Part shown: positions 16,609 to 25,806 of the stretch, one piece after another
Numbering within the stretch: the stretch's first letter is position 1
Layout: each line of letters starts with the position of its first letter
DNA from: Nanobdellota archaeon
GTDB lineage: Archaea > Nanobdellota > Nanobdellia > Woesearchaeales > GCA-2686295
Assembly: GCA_018817005.1 (NCBI GenBank)
Contig: JAHIUF010000031.1
Location: 1-63,352, forward strand
Length of the DNA stretch: 63,352 nucleotides
Direction of reading: 5' to 3'
The notes under the pieces: generated by a model
Databases searched by the model: none
Told to the model about the DNA's origin: nothing
Seen by the model: the letters and a program-made list of their open reading frames with translations, nothing else
Made by a program: the position numbers and the translations under genes

Positions 16609-18437
16609 ATTTCTTTATTTGCTTTGCATTTGTTCAAATTCACCAAAGCTTTATTATGCGCATCAACGTAGTTCTGAACGAAGAATTTCCAATCAACGGT
16701 TGAAGCAAGGTTTTTTGCTTCAATCTTATTCTGAACTCGTTCTTGATGATTTAAATGGGAGAATTCATACATTATGTTATACAAATCATCAACCACTTCT
16801 TGTTTTGAACGATTATATCTTTTTAAAATATAAATTCCTTTAGCTTTTTCTTTTTGTTTCTTTGGAACTTTTGATTCAATAAATCTTCCAAAACCTGCAA
16901 GATCAGTTGTTACTGCTGACACACCCATCGCAGCTGTTTCTACAGGTGTATAACCCCAAGGCTCATAATAACTAGGAAAAATCCCTAGATGCGAACCAGC
17001 TATTGCATCATAATATGGAAGGTTAATCATACCATCATTTCCATCTAAATAAACAGGATATACTATGACTTTAACCTTATCATCAGCTTTGTTGTCAAGT
17101 CCAGCATCATATAAGCTTTTTATCAAAACATCATTTTTTTCATCAGAGATATAATGAGTGCAAATTGAAGGATTGCCTTGTCTTTTGAATTGTATGAGAT
17201 CTTTTTTAAGGTCTTGCAGAAACTCCTCAGTGAACATGCTTGATATCGATGGAGTTTTACTGCTAACAATGTCCTCAACTATTCTCTTCAATATATCTTG
17301 AGAGTGCCAATCAATATAATTTTTTATATGACGATAATAGTTCTTGTTTTCAAAAACTTCTACTTTTAAACCTTTTGTGCCCATTGGTATCCAAAAGAAA
17401 ACTGCGATGTTTCTCTTTGTTTTTTCAGTTTTAAGTTTTTCATTTAGTTTTGCAAGTGCTTCTATCATTACATCAATGCCTTTGTTCTTAAACTCGTATC
17501 TGCCAACAATAAAAAAGGTTAAGTTGTGGGTTAAATCAAAGGTGTAGTGAGGGAAAAAGTGGTATGTTAAAAATTCCCTTATCTTGTCTCGAGTTGTTAA
17601 ATGTTTAACAGACGTTTCTTCGATTGTTGGAAACTTCCTAAGGGTTAAACCATTATTTAGTATAACTTCTGGTTTTCGACCAAGAATTTTTGCTGATTCT
17701 ATTGCCGTTATTTCTGAAACAGTTGTGAATATGTCTGCATTATTTGCACAAGCTCTTTCTGTGAGAAACTTGTCTGCAACACCTTTTTTATAAGCTTCAT
17801 CTTGCGGATTCATAGTCTCAAGCACACCATAAAGATCATCGCCTGATCCTGCAACTGATCTGCCAAGAATTGTTGCATGAGTTGTAAAAACTGTTGCTAT
17901 GTTGATTTGTTTCTTTTTAAAATAAAGTATTGGAAATCCTGCCAGCCATTCGTGAAACTGTCCAACGATAGAGCTATTCTTTATGTTTGCAGATATTTTT
18001 TCAAGAAGTCTTGCAACGGCCCAAGACCAAAGCATTGGTTCTTCAAAATCCCAGTGAGAGTTTATAGAATCTATCTGGTAATTATTCCAGAACCAATATT
18101 TTATTTCATCTTTTTTGCTTATTAATGCTTTAAAATCTATTAGTATTATGTTTGGACTGCCGTCAGCGTCCCATTCACCATAATAACATTTAATGCCTTC
18201 TTCTTCAAGTTCATCAAAAGCTTGTTTGAATTCTGCAGGTGGGTGTTTCAAATCAAGTCCGACTCTTGCTTTTTCTTCAAAATAAGGTCCTATTAAGAAA
18301 TAATTTTTGTAATGTTGTTTCATAACATAAGCTTTGCTTTTCACAACAGTATATATGCCTCCAACCTTATTGCATACTTCCCATGATGCTTCGAACAAGT
18401 ATTCTGCTTTTGCTTTTTTTGTAGTCATTTCTTTCAC
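16605..18437 (-). CDS. Glycogen synthase, GT3 (animal/fungal-type) family
   Basis: FEASWEVCNKVGGIYTVVKSKA, GQFHEWLAG and FTTHATILGRS closely match the hallmark blocks of eukaryotic-type glycogen synthase. Confidence 0.85.
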   Translation of the reverse strand: MKEMTTKKAKAEYLFEASWEVCNKVGGIYTVVKSKAYVMKQHYKNYFLIGPYFEEKARVGLDLKHPPAEFKQAFDELEEEGIKCYYGEWDADGSPNIILIDFKALISKKDEIKYWFWNNYQIDSINSHWDFEEPMLWSWAVARLLEKISANIKNSSIVGQFHEWLAGFPILYFKKKQINIATVFTTHATILGRSVAGSGDDLYGVLETMNPQDEAYKKGVADKFLTERACANNADIFTTVSEITAIESAKILGRKPEVILNNGLTLRKFPTIEETSVKHLTTRDKIREFLTYHFFPHYTFDLTHNLTFFIVGRYEFKNKGIDVMIEALAKLNEKLKTEKTKRNIAVFFWIPMGTKGLKVEVFENKNYYRHIKNYIDWHSQDILKRIVEDIVSSKTPSISSMFTEEFLQDLKKDLIQFKRQGNPSICTHYISDEKNDVLIKSLYDAGLDNKADDKVKVIVYPVYLDGNDGMINLPYYDAIAGSHLGIFPSYYEPWGYTPVETAAMGVSAVTTDLAGFGRFIESKVPKKQKEKAKGIYILKRYNRSKQEVVDDLYNIMYEFSHLNHQERVQNKIEAKNLASTVDWKFFVQNYVDAHNKALVNLNKCKANKEI

Positions 18438-18473
18438 TTTTTTAATTGTTGTTTTGTTAATTGTTAGTTTTTT

Positions 18474-18854
18474 CTAAATCAATAATCTTGATAAAATAAA
18501 TCCTAATATTAGTCCAAAAATCATCCCGTATATAAATTCTTTTGCCAGGAATCTTTTGAATTCTTCTGAAGCTTCAAGTTGCTCTAGGGGATATTTAAAA
18601 CTCAAATCTAGCTCATATTCTTTTATAGCTTTTAGCACGTCTTCTTTTGAATGACAATAACTTATGGCTTTTGCAAGGGATTCTTCTTTTAAAACTTCCA
18701 AAATCCATTTGGCGAAATCATTCTTTTGTTTGTTAACATGATGCTTAAACTCTTTATCAGACATATCTTTAATTGCGTTTTTGAAATCTATAATAGTTTC
18801 AGCCTTTTTACCATGTACAAAATAGAAATGTTCGTGTTCTGGTATTCCCAACAA
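18474..18854 (-). CDS. Tail-anchored protein carrying the recurrent F-x-F / HV..NDF.W / LA domain
   Basis: HFYFVHGKKAETIIDF...HHVNKQKNDFAKWILEVLKEESLAKAI plus the C-terminal TM FIYGMIFGLILGFILSRLLI. TTG start follows GAGGTGA. Confidence 0.6.
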   Translation of the reverse strand: MLGIPEHEHFYFVHGKKAETIIDFKNAIKDMSDKEFKHHVNKQKNDFAKWILEVLKEESLAKAISYCHSKEDVLKAIKEYELDLSFKYPLEQLEASEEFKRFLAKEFIYGMIFGLILGFILSRLLI

Positions 18855-18927
18855 TTCACCTCTTTTTTATGTATTAATGTTTATTTTTTGATATTTTTGG
18901 TTTGATGTTTCTATGTAATCTTAAATT

Positions 18928-20160
18928 TTAACCCATTATAGAGCTTGGAGTGTCTGTTAAATTAAAACTAGGATTGCGAGGAGTCTCTTTTTGGCTTAGC
19001 TTAAGTCTTATGATTATATCATTTAGAGCGTTCATAAATAATATGAATGCATCATATGGTGTTGAGTATGGATTAAAGTATTTATGAACGTCCCCATCAT
19101 TAAACCATTTAGTGCACATATAATAAAAATGGTCAGAGATGGTTAATTTTCTCCAGTCTTCTAAGAGTTTTGGATTATTGGATTTTTTTATTGCAGATTC
19201 TAAAAGGTAGAGTTCTTTTATTGCTGTTTCTTGCATCTTATTTCCAAGCCACGCACTAAGATCTCTTTCCTCGTCAGCCCAAGAAACAAAATTATGAACA
19301 TCAAGCTCTGCTTTTGGCTCTTGTTTTAAAAGTTCTGAAGGTGTAACAAAATTTATTCCTCTCTTAAAAAATTCTTCTGGTAATATTTCTAGAAATTGAA
19401 AAATGCCTGTGTGCTCCCACTGGTGTTCTCCAAAGGTTTCATAATCCATGAATAAATTTACTGAATGACCCTGATTTTCAGAAATCCATGATGCAAATTT
19501 TTCAATAAATAATGGGTGTTCATTCCAGGTTTTTTCACCAAATCTGAATGCAAGATCATCACTTAACCTATAATTTTTCAATAACAATCTCAGATTATCT
19601 GTGGTTTTGGATTTATAAACATAGTTTGGACTTCTCCAGGAAAGAATTCGATCTGCACCTTCTGCAAGAATGCCTTCAAAACCCATTTTTTCAACAAAAT
19701 TTGCCAATTCATTATTATAAATCAGTTCTGTGTTTCTAAACACTTTTGGTTCTTGATCAAATAATTCTTTTATTTTTTCTTTGTGAAGAAGTACTTGTTC
19801 TTTGAATTCTTCCTTTGAAAACATAAATGATAATGAATGATAATATGTTTCTGATAAGAACTCAACACATCCGGTTTTGGAAAGCTCTTTAAAAGATTCT
19901 AACACTTCCGGCGCATATTTTTCAAATTGCTCGATTGCAACACCTGAAATACTAAATGATATTTTGAACTTGTCTTTATGCTTTTTTATAAGATTTAATA
20001 AGAGTTTATTTGTTGGCAGATAACACTTATTGGCGACTTTTTTCATTATCTCTTCATTTTTCTGGTCATCAAAATAGTTTGAATGATTTCCTATATCAAA
20101 AACAGTATACCTGCCCATACGATACGGCTGGTGTACTTGAAAATAAAAGCATACGTTCAT
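18928..20160 (-). CDS. Glycoside hydrolase family 57 (alpha-amylase / alpha-glucan-active enzyme)
   Basis: N-terminal CFYFQVHQPYR and the DYETFGEHQWE block are typical of GH57. Confidence 0.8.
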   Translation of the reverse strand: MNVCFYFQVHQPYRMGRYTVFDIGNHSNYFDDQKNEEIMKKVANKCYLPTNKLLLNLIKKHKDKFKISFSISGVAIEQFEKYAPEVLESFKELSKTGCVEFLSETYYHSLSFMFSKEEFKEQVLLHKEKIKELFDQEPKVFRNTELIYNNELANFVEKMGFEGILAEGADRILSWRSPNYVYKSKTTDNLRLLLKNYRLSDDLAFRFGEKTWNEHPLFIEKFASWISENQGHSVNLFMDYETFGEHQWEHTGIFQFLEILPEEFFKRGINFVTPSELLKQEPKAELDVHNFVSWADEERDLSAWLGNKMQETAIKELYLLESAIKKSNNPKLLEDWRKLTISDHFYYMCTKWFNDGDVHKYFNPYSTPYDAFILFMNALNDIIIRLKLSQKETPRNPSFNLTDTPSSIMG

Positions 20161-20169
20161 ATAATCACC

Positions 20170-21381
20170 TTATTTTTTTAACAAATCATTGTATATTTTT
20201 AAACATTTCCCTGCGGGTATGTCCCAATTGAATTTTTTCACTTCTATTTGTCCATGTTCTTTGAGTGTTTTGTGCAGTGTTTCGTAGTATAAAAGTGCAA
20301 GTATTTTACTAGCAATATCATCTGTGTCCCAAAAGTCAACTTTTAAGCAATGATCTACTACTTCACTTACTCCTGATTGTTTTGAGATGATAACTGGTGT
20401 TCCTGATTTCATGGCTTCTAGGGGTGTTATTCCAAATGGTTCTGATACAGAGGGCATTACATATATATCTGCCATTTGATATGCTCTGCTAACGTCTTCG
20501 CCTGTTAAAAAACCTGCGAATAGTATATTTTTTGATATTCCAAGTTCTGCTGTTTTTTCAATCATTTTTGGTTCCATATCTCCACTGCCAACAACTACGA
20601 ATTTGACATTTGGGTCTCTTTCAAGCACTTTTTTTGCTGCTTCAATAAAGTAATCCGGTCCTTTTTGCAGTGTTATTCGTCCTAGAAATAATACTATTTT
20701 GTCAGTTTTTTCAATTCTATAAGTTTGTTCTTCTGAAAAATCTACGGCGTTATGTACAACTTCCACTTTGTCTGGTGATACTCCGTAGTGTCTTACAATT
20801 ATTGTTTTTGTATAGTTACTTACAGCAATCACTTTATCTGCTTCGTGCATACCTTTTCTTTCAATATCATAAACATACTGATTTATGTTTGTGCCACCTG
20901 ATCTGTCAAAAGAGGTTGCGTGAACATGTACCACTAATGGTTTGTTGGATATTTTTTTGGCATTTATTCCTGCTCGAAAAGTCATCCAGTCATGAGCGTG
21001 TATTATATCAAATTCTTCTGTTTGAGCAACTATTTTTGCTCGTTCACTAAACCGGTATATCTCTTCAAATATGTTTCGTCCGTAAAGATTTTTTGAAGGT
21101 GATTGTTTTTCTAAATAAAGATTTTTTTCATAAGATTCTATTGTAAGATAAGGCATAAGTATAGAATCTATTTTTTTGATTCTTATCTTTGTATTTTTAA
21201 AGTAATTTTCTGCAACAAGAAGCTTTACGTGTTTGGAGGTTATATTTTCAGGGCCTTTAGGCATGACAAAGGTAACTGCTACATTGTGATGTTCTAAGCC
21301 TTTTGTCAGTCCATAACAAGCAGTTCCAAGTCCTCCAGAGTATATTGGTGGAAACTCCCATCCAAACATTAGAACTTTCAT
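20170..21381 (-). CDS. GT-B glycosyltransferase (GT4/GT5-like, glycogen/alpha-glucan synthase-like)
   Basis: MKVLMFGWEFPPIYSGGLGTACYGL N-terminus and the EPFGITPLEAM motif. ATG at 21381 with upstream GAGGGG is preferred over the GTG at 21426. Confidence 0.75.
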   Translation of the reverse strand: MKVLMFGWEFPPIYSGGLGTACYGLTKGLEHHNVAVTFVMPKGPENITSKHVKLLVAENYFKNTKIRIKKIDSILMPYLTIESYEKNLYLEKQSPSKNLYGRNIFEEIYRFSERAKIVAQTEEFDIIHAHDWMTFRAGINAKKISNKPLVVHVHATSFDRSGGTNINQYVYDIERKGMHEADKVIAVSNYTKTIIVRHYGVSPDKVEVVHNAVDFSEEQTYRIEKTDKIVLFLGRITLQKGPDYFIEAAKKVLERDPNVKFVVVGSGDMEPKMIEKTAELGISKNILFAGFLTGEDVSRAYQMADIYVMPSVSEPFGITPLEAMKSGTPVIISKQSGVSEVVDHCLKVDFWDTDDIASKILALLYYETLHKTLKEHGQIEVKKFNWDIPAGKCLKIYNDLLKK

Positions 21382-21505
21382 TAATTCTTTCCCCTCTTTT
21401 TCCCTTTTTTTAAGAAGTGTATTCACCCCTTATTTTAGTCCTTAAACTATCTAATTAAATTATATTATCTTTGACTTTAAAAAGTTTCCCATACTAATTT
21501 AGTTA

Positions 21506-21542
21506 TTAATTAACTAATTAAAAACATTAATTAATTAACTAA
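21506..21542. repeat. Two copies of TTAATTAACTAA spaced 25 bp apart in a divergent promoter region
   Basis: Exact 12-mers at 21506-21517 and 21531-21542, between the GT-B gene and the ArsR-like gene. Confidence 0.5.
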
Positions 21543-21574
21543 CTTATTTAATCAAATAGAAAACTTTAAATAGG

Positions 21575-21591
21575 CGTCTTAATTTAAGACG
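21575..21591. promoter_or_regulatory. Perfect palindrome CGTCTTAA-T-TTAAGACG, candidate operator
   Basis: 8-bp inverted repeat ending 6 nt before the GTG start at 21597. It is GC-richer than its surroundings. Confidence 0.45.
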
Positions 21592-21596
21592 ATAAA

Positions 21597-22265
21597 GTGG
21601 ACTTTGAAACTTTGTTTGTGGAATCTAAATGGAGAATTCTAACTGAACTAGCACAAAAAAAACAGTCACCAACAGAGCTAGCAAAAAAAACAAATACTAG
21701 CGTTGCAAACATCAGCCAACAACTAAGACTCCTAGAAGCATACGGCATAGTAAAAAAACAAAAAGTAAAATCCAAAAACGAACCTGGAAAACCAAGAACT
21801 CTGTATGAAATAGGAAAAGAAGCAACACACATAATACATATTGAAAGAACAATAGCTGAAAAAAAGCTGTTTGAAAAAAATAACTGGACACAAGCAGCAA
21901 TAAATGCCCTTATGCTAGAAAAAGAGGAAGATGCATATTTCATAATTAAATTTTTATGTAAAGAAGAAATATTTAACAAATGCAAATCACTATTCATCAT
22001 AAGAAATAATCATGATTCAATAGAGGTTCTTTTAATAACAAAAAACTTTGAAGATATAAGAAAAGATTACAGCAGTATAGAATTAACCGGTCTGAATAAT
22101 AATAAGAAAAAAATAATTATTTGGAGTCATGATTTACCAGAAATAGAAACTGGAATAACAGAAAAAAACGAATATTTTATAAACCTTACAAACAAGATGA
22201 GAATCATCTACGATCCATCAAATTTAAAGGAACAAATAGAAAATGTCAGAACACGAAACCTATAA
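21597..22265 (+). CDS. ArsR-like winged-helix regulator with an uncharacterised C-terminal domain
   Basis: SKWRILTELAQKKQSPTELAKKTNTSVANISQQLRLLEAYGIV is an ArsR/SmtB-type HTH. GTG start. Confidence 0.6.
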   Translation: MDFETLFVESKWRILTELAQKKQSPTELAKKTNTSVANISQQLRLLEAYGIVKKQKVKSKNEPGKPRTLYEIGKEATHIIHIERTIAEKKLFEKNNWTQAAINALMLEKEEDAYFIIKFLCKEEIFNKCKSLFIIRNNHDSIEVLLITKNFEDIRKDYSSIELTGLNNNKKKIIIWSHDLPEIETGITEKNEYFINLTNKMRIIYDPSNLKEQIENVRTRNL

Positions 22266-22521
22266 AACCCTTGATGAATTAAAATATGAAGACTTACTAG
22301 AATTAAAAAAAGCCATAAAAGAAAATAAAATAGAAATACTGATAAACAAACAATTAGAAAAATTTAAAAATGGAAACAAGGTATGTCCAGTTTGTAACAC
22401 ACTAATACAAGAAGGGGATCTAACACTATTTTTTGGTCCGATTGGACTTAGAAAACAAGCCACGTTTTGTGCAACGGACTGCTTAGAGTATTTCCTAACA
22501 AAATTAAAAAAGGAGTTGTAG
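22243..22521 (+). CDS. TRASH/YHS-like zinc-ribbon (metal-binding) small protein
   Basis: CPVC-x24-FCATDCLEYF fits the C-x2-C...C-x3-C TRASH pattern. Overlaps the end of the ArsR-like gene. Confidence 0.5.
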   Translation: MSEHETYKTLDELKYEDLLELKKAIKENKIEILINKQLEKFKNGNKVCPVCNTLIQEGDLTLFFGPIGLRKQATFCATDCLEYFLTKLKKEL

Positions 22522-22523
22522 AA

Positions 22524-22790
22524 ATGAGTTTGGTGGAACTAAGAAGAGTTTTTGAAAAAAGAAGATACAATCTTATACAAACACTTGAATCTAACAAGGA
22601 AGAAATAGACTTGTCAAAACAGCATCAAATGTATGGTGCAGTAAGAGAAATTGAAAACTTCTTAAAAGCAATTGATTATCATAGGGAAAAAGAAGTAAAT
22701 TCTAACACAACAATCACGCTAAAAAACGAAGTACAACAAACATTTCTAAAAAAAATAAATTTAAAATTTAAAAGCCCAAACGATCAATAG
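22524..22790 (+). CDS. Hypothetical small helical protein
   Basis: ATG at 22524 is preceded by AGGAG. The longer ORF from 22467 overlaps the previous gene. Confidence 0.4.
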   Translation: MSLVELRRVFEKRRYNLIQTLESNKEEIDLSKQHQMYGAVREIENFLKAIDYHREKEVNSNTTITLKNEVQQTFLKKINLKFKSPNDQ

Positions 22791-22937
22791 ATCTCTTCTT
22801 CATTCTCATAAACAAACGATCTCCTCTAAGTTCTACCTGTTTATGAATAAAAAAACCGTTCTTAACAAGAATCCTCTCTCTATAAATAGCTTCAGTCAAA
22901 ACTATCACCCCAAAAAAGTAAAACTACGTCAGAGTTT

Positions 22938-24377
22938 TTAAATCTTTTGATGCAATGTTCGCTCGTACAATATAACCATTAAGAAGTACAAAGGTGCAAC
23001 AATAAAACAGGTTGCAAAAATTAAAATCTTAAAAAAGGTTGTCAAACCAACAGCTCCAACTAAATAAGAACCAAAAGGCACGAGTATGAGTAAGGGGAGA
23101 GCAGTGACAAAACCTAAGAAACTAAAATAGATTCGTCGTTCTTCTTCGAATAATAATTTACGTGTGAATAAAGACTGACCAACCCCTACAATTGAACCTC
23201 CAAGAATAGATAAGGCACTTGCAGCACACACAACCGCTATGGAACGGTTATAAACTAATGCTAAAGGAAGCATGGCTGAAAGAAGTGTTCCAAAAACAAG
23301 CATGGGAGAAACACCTATGTAATCCTTAAGTTTTCTAGTAACAAGAGGTCCTAAAAAAGAAACCAAAACTGCAATTACAAAAACAAAAGATACATTTAAA
23401 AAACCCCCTAAAAAAGATGTTTTGAAAAACTCGTAGATAAAAATTCCATAAAAAGAAGTTCCTAAAACCTGTAATATTCCGGAAATAGCAGAAGTTAAAG
23501 CCAAAAGCAAAACAATCTTGTTATTGAGAAAAACACCCATGTGAAGCTTTGCTCTTGAAAAAAATTCACCAAAAAAAGAAAAAACTCTCGTTTTAGAAAC
23601 AACAATATTTTCTTTGATAAATGAAAGAACATAACTCGAAATTATAAATACAAATGCAGTTATTTCAAAACAAATTAAATATCCGTAAACAGCAATACTT
23701 TTTCCAAAAAGATTGATTTTGAAAGAACCAGAACTCGGGAAAAAATCCATGACAAAACCAGATATTAGTAAAGAAAGTGCAGTTATTAGAATACCAAAAT
23801 AAGCAACTTTTGTCAAAAAAAAACCCCTATTTTTATCTGAGAGATTCTCCCTTAAAAATCGAAGATAAAACTCACCATGAGTCACGACTGCAGCACAGCC
23901 TATCAGAATTGCAAATGCGAAAATCAAAGGGTTTTTTACCATTCTTCCAACAGCCATTAAAAGAAAACTGAAACCAAATATAACCCCGCCTCGTTTTATA
24001 AGCTTTTTTCCAATATAATGAACCTTTGAAAATTCCTTAAAATAAGAAGACAAAAATAATGATAGAATCATTTTTAAACCGTTAACGAAAGCAATGAAAA
24101 AATAAGACGCTCCTGAATGCAAAAACAAAATATTTATGAAAGGATTTGATACGAACCCATAACCAATTCTATCAAAGATTTCTTTTAAAGCAAATAGTTT
24201 AGAAAGTTTTTTTGAAGACAAAGCCTTATCTGAATGAACTCTTGCTGCAAAACGCTCAATTTCTGTGTCTATTTCATCTTCCAAAAAACCCTTTTCCATG
24301 AGTTGTTTCTTCAAATCAGAAAGTGATTGATTGTCTTGAAAACCATGTTCAATAAACGAAAGTAAATCCTCACCCAT
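22938..24377 (-). CDS. Polytopic membrane protein (MFS-like) with a ~70-aa soluble N-terminal domain
   Basis: About twelve hydrophobic segments after a charged N-terminal region. No diagnostic motif recognised. Confidence 0.4.
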   Translation of the reverse strand: MGEDLLSFIEHGFQDNQSLSDLKKQLMEKGFLEDEIDTEIERFAARVHSDKALSSKKLSKLFALKEIFDRIGYGFVSNPFINILFLHSGASYFFIAFVNGLKMILSLFLSSYFKEFSKVHYIGKKLIKRGGVIFGFSFLLMAVGRMVKNPLIFAFAILIGCAAVVTHGEFYLRFLRENLSDKNRGFFLTKVAYFGILITALSLLISGFVMDFFPSSGSFKINLFGKSIAVYGYLICFEITAFVFIISSYVLSFIKENIVVSKTRVFSFFGEFFSRAKLHMGVFLNNKIVLLLALTSAISGILQVLGTSFYGIFIYEFFKTSFLGGFLNVSFVFVIAVLVSFLGPLVTRKLKDYIGVSPMLVFGTLLSAMLPLALVYNRSIAVVCAASALSILGGSIVGVGQSLFTRKLLFEEERRIYFSFLGFVTALPLLILVPFGSYLVGAVGLTTFFKILIFATCFIVAPLYFLMVILYERTLHQKI

Positions 24378-24533
24378 TTTAAATATAAAAAGAATTGATA
24401 ACTATTTAAAGTTATTGCTTGAATAAAACAGTCGAACAATAAAAAACTAAAGTAAACTCAAAATAGTCATTGTAACAACTATGAAAGAGAAACAAACATT
24501 TTTAAAAACCAAAAAGCAAACTAAGATGTATAA

Positions 24534-25787
24534 ATGAAATTTACTTTTGGATTGAAAAAAATAGCTTCCGGAAACAAGAGGGGAAGAATACTTGAACAAT
24601 GGAAGTTTGACTCTCACAGCAGTCTACTAGCGCCACCAATAATTGCAAGTTTAACAAAAAACAAGTCTCACAGCATAATTACTGGAACCAAAGACGGAAA
24701 AATCATATCTGTGGATCTTGACGCGAATATTGAGTGGGTTTTTAATGCCAAAGAAGACATTGATAAAATGGAATTAATGTTTTTGGATGTAGAAACATCA
24801 AGCTCAATACAAGCATCACCAAATGTTTGTGATATAAATAATGATGGAGAAAAAGAAATCGTTGTAGGATCAGAATTAGGAAATATCTACACACTTAACT
24901 CTAAGGGTAAGCTATTGTGGAAATTCAAAACAAACGGATCCATAAGAGGAACACCATTAATTGCTGACATAAACAACGATGGAAAAAAAGAAATAATATT
25001 TGGCTCAGGAGACAAAAATTTATACGCTTTAGATAATAGAGGAGTTCCACTATGGAAATACGATGCAAAAACAGAAATTGAATCTTGTCCTCAAAAAGTT
25101 CAAAATCAAATAGTTTTTGGATGTAGTAACGGTGAAATAACTTCTGTGAATAATAAAGGAGAGCTATTGTGGAGATTCAAAACAAAAGCTAAAGTTCTTG
25201 CTCAACCAATTTCTGGAAAGATTTTTGGTAATGAAAAAGAAGTAATTATAATTGGTTCAACAGACAATTACTTGTACTGTCTTGATTTAAAAGGAGAACT
25301 CATCTGGAGCTTTAAAACAAGAGGAGCAATATATTCAAAAGTAGTTCTGGCAGATATTAATAACGATGGACAATTAGAAATAATATTTGGTTCTTGTGAT
25401 AATAATGTTTACGCATTAGATTCCAACGGAGAAATAATCTGGTCCTATGAAACTGACTTTTGGATTGTAGCTCCCCCGCTGGTTGAAGACATTGATGGGG
25501 ATGGACAGTTAGAAGTTATCGTCGGATCATATGATCAAAACATTTACATCTTAGATGCTAGAGGAAGCTATAAATTAAACTATGTTCCAGGAGTTTCAAG
25601 CGTTATGCAACAAGCAGGACACTACACAGACATCATGACAGAAGAACCAGGAACTATTACTGGCAAAAAAATCTGGCAATATAAAACTGAAGGCATAATT
25701 GTTGGCTGTGGATATATAAATGAAACTAAAAGCATAATAGTAAATACAAAAACAGGAAAAATAAATAAACTAACACATCAAGATTAA
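24534..25787 (+). CDS. Beta-propeller protein with PQQ-like/FG-GAP-like repeats
   Basis: Repeated units of the form D(I/L)NNDGxxEI(I/V)xGSxDxNxYxLDxxGxxxWxF. No evident signal peptide. Confidence 0.7.
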   Translation: MKFTFGLKKIASGNKRGRILEQWKFDSHSSLLAPPIIASLTKNKSHSIITGTKDGKIISVDLDANIEWVFNAKEDIDKMELMFLDVETSSSIQASPNVCDINNDGEKEIVVGSELGNIYTLNSKGKLLWKFKTNGSIRGTPLIADINNDGKKEIIFGSGDKNLYALDNRGVPLWKYDAKTEIESCPQKVQNQIVFGCSNGEITSVNNKGELLWRFKTKAKVLAQPISGKIFGNEKEVIIIGSTDNYLYCLDLKGELIWSFKTRGAIYSKVVLADINNDGQLEIIFGSCDNNVYALDSNGEIIWSYETDFWIVAPPLVEDIDGDGQLEVIVGSYDQNIYILDARGSYKLNYVPGVSSVMQQAGHYTDIMTEEPGTITGKKIWQYKTEGIIVGCGYINETKSIIVNTKTGKINKLTHQD

Positions 25788-25806
25788 AAAAAAATGAGGT
25801 AAAAAA

